Source: the human T2T-CHM13v2.0 reference genome, Homo sapiens. Taken from it: DNA of 64,000 bases. The stretch is taken from NCBI RefSeq assembly GCF_009914755.1, contig NC_060925.1. One strand, written 5' to 3'. Position numbers and translations under genes: made by a program. The notes beneath the pieces are model-generated. The model was not told the DNA's origin, did no database searches, and saw only the letters and a list, made by a program, of their open reading frames with translations. Within the stretch, counting starts at the first letter, position 1; every line of letters begins with the position of its first letter. Positions 58,508 to 64,000 of this stretch are shown in pieces.

Positions 58508-59640
58508 TCTCTTTGTTTTTTAGGAGCTTTATTATGATGTTCCTTTATTATGGTGTGGTTTACTTCATAGTTTTCTATGTGGAATTCATAACTCTTCTTG
58601 AATCTATGTGTTGATGTTTTTCAGCAGTTTTGGAAAATTATCAGCCATTGTCTCTTCCAATATTGCTTCTTCCCCATTCTCTCTCTTTTTCTTCTTCTAA
58701 GATTGTGATTACACATTTGATAGATATTTTCATTATTTCCTATATGTCTCTTATCCTCTGTGCTTTCCTTTACTTTGTTTCTCTATACTTTTTTCTGAAT
58801 ATTTTCACTGACTTATCTTCTAATTTACTAATTCTATTTTTGGCTGTGTCTCATTGGCTCTTAAACCCACACACTGATTTTTAAATTGACTTTTAAATTC
58901 AGTTATTGCATTTCTACTCTAGAATTCCAATTTCATTGTTTTTCTAGATTCCAGTTCTATACAATTCTCTTCATGTTGTCCTTTTAGTTAGAATATTTAT
59001 CAAAGTTATTTAAAGGTCCATGTCTGCTAACTCTAATAAATGTCTCTCCTATAGGTCTGTTTTATTTTATTTTTTCCTGTTTTTTTTTCTCTTAAGTTTT
59101 TATCATTTGCCATTGCCTCCTAGAAGGTGTGGTAATATTTTATTAAATGCTAACATTGTATATGAAATATTTTAGCAATACCTTTATGCTTTTGATGATG
59201 TTATCTCCCTCCATAGAGTATTTATTTTGTTTTCAGTGTATTATTAGCCTAGGAAGATTGCTTTAATATAACAAGGGATTAAACTGATATGACAGTTTGT
59301 TTCAGTCACTGGAAGGACTTATTCTGTTCATTATTAATTCCAATTTGTATCCCTTTAGGGATCCCAACTGAAAACCTGGTTGTTTACCAGGTCCCTGACA
59401 CATTCACAAATTCTAATATCTAATTTTTGTCCCCTCGGTCCCATGGAACTGCCAAAAGCAGCCCTCAGTTTCTCAATTTTGTTGACCTGGATAGGAAAGG
59501 TAGCACCAATTTTCAGGCTCCTCTCCTGGTTCTTTTGTCATCTTGACAATCTTGAACTCTCAATTTTTGACTGGCTTATACCTCTCCAATGTCATCAAAA
59601 TGATTTTTAAAATGTATCCAGCATTTCAAGTTGTATTTCC
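58508..59640 (-). mobile_element. Old L1M ORF1/5'UTR remnant
   Basis: TTTGGAAAATTATCAGCCATTGTCTCTTCCAATATTGCTTCT, TTAAACCCACACACTGA, CTCTAGAATTCC. Confidence 0.7.
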
Positions 59641-62439
59641 TGAGTAGACTTCTAAAAGCATAATTTCTTGGTTAAAGTTACAGACATTTTAAAACTCTAA
59701 AATATTTTTGCCCTATTGTCTCCAGAAATATTTGGCTATCTATATTCTAATAATTAGGCTTAGTTTTAAGTGACTATCAATAACTTTACATTTTTTTAAT
59801 TTGAGAAAAACATGAAAATATTTTTATGTGGAAAAGATTTTTCTCCACCTATACAGCCATAAAATTTTATTAATGGAATTTTTACTTTATTCTTCACTCA
59901 CAGCAAAAGATCTCTTTGGGCCTGATTCAAAATATATTAAACTTCACTCATAAAGATATTTTATTCCAAGGAACATGTTTCCATTTATATTGAACAGGGA
60001 GTTCCCATGAAATTCATGTTGTAACCTTAAATGCAATTGCTTCAATAATTGCTGAAATAAAGGTCTGGTAGGCAAAGCCTAGGAAGCAGAAAAGTAACTT
60101 AAAGTTTTGCACATGGTCTGACATTTCAAACATACATGGGTGGCATGACACTTTCCATGCATCTTCTGTTGCCACCCATTAGGAATGCACCTAATTGACC
60201 ATGTTAATAAGGGTCCATATGTGGCTTGGTTCAGCTCATGAGAGGTAGAAAAACTCAAGTTCTACACTTTGTAATGACAGAAACAAATGCTGTGTGGCCT
60301 CTTAAGAAAGCTACAATAATACGAGGTGGTTTAGGGCACCTCAACCAGAGAGGCTAACTTCAAATTACCAGACACATCTATTATGAAGTGTTGAAAGGAA
60401 AAAGAAAAACAAATAATAAAGTTACAAAATAAAGTTTATTTTATCAAAATTAAAACGGCTTCCTTCCCTCCACTTCAGAGTAACCTTGAGATGGAACAGT
60501 CTGAGGATTACATTGCTATAATCCCTTAGCAGTTAGTTCCACAGCAGGAGGTGCCTGCTACAGACAAAATTATAGGGTTAGGAATGTTCACAATTCAGTG
60601 ACCCGATTGGCTGACTATTCCTTAGAGCTTTACAATCAAATATTTATACATCTAAATGGGAGCAAAGAAAGGAAAGTGGTTCATAAAGAGAGTCCCAGAG
60701 CATGTATTATTGAAATAACAGATGGAAATATTATATTTTTGAAACATTCTTTCTATAAAGAAGTCTTTTGAAGTGTGTTTTGGTAGAATAAGCTGAGCCA
60801 AAAGTGGAGCAGAGTGAGAGAAAAAAATAAGGTTTTATATTCAAATGTTTGGTGTCAGCAGAGTATAAAGTTAGCACTTCCCAAAAAAGGCATGTCCCAA
60901 AGAGCACTGCAGCACAATGTGTTTGCTCTACTTCACATAACAGTCACAGAGGAGAAATATTTCAAAAATATATTTTACCATCACTGCTCAGTTTGTGTGT
61001 GGACTCTCCCAAAACTTGACTTCTGACATCTTTGCAGAGTGTGTATGATCTCCCACCATTGAATTTTTTATGTTTCCTAAAATGACTGAAACCTAAGCTA
61101 AGACTCAGTCATTATCTTGAAAAGGCTGTTGGCTACCTCATACTTGCTGAGAGTTTGGTAAGAAGTATAGTTAAATTGTAGGTTTTATGCCACATGGGCA
61201 ATAGTGATTGGTCATCTAGGCAGGGCTTACAGACTAAAAATGGAGACATGCAGAAAGCAAGAAAGTAGGCAGAAGGCCAGATGAAAAATTCATCACACTT
61301 TCTTTATTTTCCTGTACATGGGAGCCTGTACCCATGACAGAACCAACAATTCAGAAGTATTCTGTTGTCTTTCCAGGAAAAATATCCCATTACTAAGCAA
61401 TCAATTTGAAGTGCTCCATGGCCAGTCCAATTTCTCCATCATTTAGCTCTGAGTACACGGTCAGTTATCCTGCCAGTCTCAGCTATTAGCTGGATCTGCC
61501 ATATGATGATGTGATTTATTTCATGGCAACTGGTAGTTACTCTGGTTGAAAAAAGAAAAAGAATCCACAGGAACACAATTATTTTGACCTTGTATCCAGA
61601 CAAGATTTATATCTGTGACAGGGATCAGAATGCAATTCCTAGTTGAGTCATTCTTAGGGGAAACAAAAGGAAGACTAGCCTGGGAGAAGGACTACTGGCT
61701 GGGATGTAAGAAATGAAGGAATTGCCGGTTCTCTTTCCTTCAATACCCTGTTAAGTCCAGGGTATTGATAGATTCACGTCAGGTGATCTAGGTATTGATA
61801 AGAGTTTGGGGATGTCGTGTTTGTATGCAGGCCCAGCACCAAACAATAGTCAGTTGGCAAAGGGCATAAATGCAGTAACCTATGGCCTCTAAAATTCAGA
61901 ATTGAGTAATCACATGGCAACTTCTGTCAAAAGAAAGAAACAAGAAAGAGAAAAAGAGACAGTAACTCACTTGCACCCACCAGTGAGGCCACCTCAGAGC
62001 AAAGCAAAAAAATGCTTTAGTGATGGTTCCTTGGGTGACAGCATCTGTTCAGAGAGTTGACTCAGAGAGCCTCAGAAGCTCAGGGTTCCAGCCAGGAGCA
62101 GAAAGGACTCTTGGCAGAGCTGTTTCCTGTACCTCTTTTGATCATAAAGCTCAGTTTTGGAAAGGTTCTCACCAGTCTTGTGGTTTCCTGGTTGTGCGTC
62201 AGTACATTCTGGCTGAAACACTTCCCTTCCTTCAGGCCAGCCTCTCCGCCAATGGCTCCCAGTTCCATGGTTCACTCTCTTCAGCTTTGAACTAGACTCC
62301 AAGGACACTGCTGGCTGCAGCATAAACCTTGAATGAGAGTTTGCAGCTGGGATGGTAGCCCTCCCCTCCTTGTGATGGGGATCCTAAAAGGAAAAAAATA
62401 AGGGTAAAACCAAAAGTCCATAGAAGCAGAGAATTTTAG

Positions 62440-62745
62440 AATCAATGAGTGGTTAGCATACAATCTCTTTCCCAATATAGTATGCAATAGAGTCACCTGG
62501 GCAACTGGTTAAAATACAGAGATTCCTAGTCCAAACTCAGATATTCTAAATGAGAATCTTTAAGTAGAAACTGGGAATCTGTGTTTTCAAGAATCTCCTT
62601 GGCAATTCTTACGTAGTCACTGTACAGTATAATTTACCAAATTTTATAAATTAGGAAACCTAGGCACAGAAACATTAATTAACTTTGTCAAGGTAAAACA
62701 GGTGGCCTAAATCTCACATTGTGCTCTTTCTATTGTACCACATTG
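62440..62745. mobile_element. MIR fragment with a nested MER5B-like piece (~62485-62615)
   Basis: GAGTCACCTGGG..GTTAAAATACAGA..GGAATCTGTGTTTT; ATTTTATAAATTAGGAAAC..CAAGGT. Confidence 0.6.
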
Positions 62746-63449
62746 TTCTTCACTCTTCTTTCTTGTGATTCTGTAATCAGGCTTGGGTCTCATGCTTCCT
62801 AACCATGCACTCTTCCTGTGTGCTTTGACCCTGTGTATTTCTCTGAAAATAACTCAGTCTGTTTATATAAGGTCACTTTCAAATCCCACTACCCTCAACT
62901 CAGGCATTATTAAGCAAATGTGTAAGTTCAGAACAGCTATTAGAAATGGTAATATTCGTATTCATCTGTTCCTGGCGAGAAGGTATATATGATGTGATCA
63001 GGGATACTGGCAGTTTGGATAGCTCACATATGCCGTCCCCACCCCACCAAAAAAAAGGAATTCTTCAGACACTTTAGCAAGTGATAATTATATACAGTCA
63101 TTCAAAGTTTTCAGGGTTATTTACAGAACAAAGTTTCTGCAGGATGGCTTGAGTATGCTACAAAGTAGAAACGGTTAAGCAGAAGACCAAAAGATTCTCC
63201 AGTGAAAATGGCTTATTTTTCTCTAGAAACTTAATGGTATTAGAAACTGTAAATTTTGCAATGGATCAGAACCATCATAAACTGAAAGGAGCACTAAGGA
63301 TGATATATGCTTCATCATTCCCATGCTTATAGACCAGAGTATGAACTGTGCCAGGAGTCACAGACTAGCTCAAAGAAGTCATAATACCATGTAATTAAGT
63401 ACTTAATGGTATATGCATAGAGGAAACTTTTAAAATAATGCAAGAATAA

Positions 63450-63620
63450 AATTGTGGTTGAAGTGCAATTTTTGGAGTCAGATAGATCTGAATCAAAATC
63501 CCAGATCTACTACTTACCAGCTGTGTAGACTTGAGGAAGTTATTTAATTTCTTTAAGTCTTAATTTCCTCATCTATAAAATGAAACCTGAGAGGGTTCTC
63601 AAGAATATTAAATCATGAGA
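63450..63620 (+). mobile_element. MIR
   Basis: TTTGGAGTCAGATAGATCTG..TACTTACCAGCTGTGTAGACTTGAGGAAGTTATTTAA..TTTCCTCATCTATAAAATG. Confidence 0.85.
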
Positions 63621-63843
63621 GTGGGAAGAATGAACTGGGGAGGGGGTGCTGGGTTTTTGAAGAAAACAACAGTAAAAGTGAGAAACATAGGTAAACCAAA
63701 GTTATCCAAGGAGAAATACAAAGTTATCCAAAGAGTAACAAACTAAAAATATTTGTATGATAATTAACCTAAAATATCAATGTGAGTTTTGTCACCAAAT
63801 CCCATGAGTCCTGTGCCCACATTAGCATATGTAAAGATTGTCA

Positions 63844-64000
63844 GGGTCTAGCCAACATGGCCGATTAGGAACAGCTCCAGTATACAGCTCCCAGCGTGAG
63901 CGACGCAGAAGATGAATGATTTCTGCATTTCCAACTGAGGTACAGGGTTCATCTCATGGGGGATTGTTGGACAGTGGGTGCAGGACAGTGGGTGCAGCAC
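63844..64000 (+). mobile_element. 5' end (promoter) of an L1PA4/5-like element running off the window
   Basis: GCCAACATGGCCGATTAGGAACAGCTCC..CAGCGTGAGCGACGCAGAAG..TTTCTGCATTTCCAACTGAGGTAC. Confidence 0.93.

Noticed and set aside
62020-62496. Cluster of short ORFs in unique DNA
   Set aside because: Mostly non-ATG starts, under 100 aa, with no recognisable domain.
63698-63742. 22-bp duplication AAAGTTATCCAA(G/A)GAG
   Set aside because: Two diverged units only; ordinary slippage.
63969-63997. Tandem GGACAGTGGGTGCA duplication
   Set aside because: As I recall, this is a normal feature of L1PA4/5-type 5'UTRs, not locus-specific.

Overview
AT-rich, transposon-dominated primate genomic DNA. A full-length SVA, an AluY and L1PA4-8 elements point to a hominid (human or great ape). 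I cannot support any protein-coding exon, RNA gene or CRISPR array; every long ORF in the track is a decayed L1 ORF1/ORF2 piece or a spurious SVA/Alu frame. Roughly 45% of the window (estimate by eye) is LINE-1. It includes two full-length L1PA6-8 copies in opposite orientation (26.1-32.6 kb +, 51.7-58.5 kb -), older L1PB/L1M relics and the start of a third L1PA at the right edge. Also present: Alus, ERVL/MaLR solo LTRs, Tigger/MER44/Charlie/MARNA DNA transposons, L2, MIR and L3, often nested. I found no novel gene system. The most unusual signals are mechanistic scars: (i) an internal L1 RT-domain fragment with no 3'UTR or polyA but a perfect 14-bp TSD (internal priming); (ii) two short locally templated insertions in one L1PA; (iii) four fold-back palindromes or inversions at repeat breakpoints; (iv) an apparent L1-mediated target deletion; (v) an Alu with a triplicated A-box. 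Subfamily names come from recalled consensus diagnostics, not from a search, and boundaries of old repeats are approximate.
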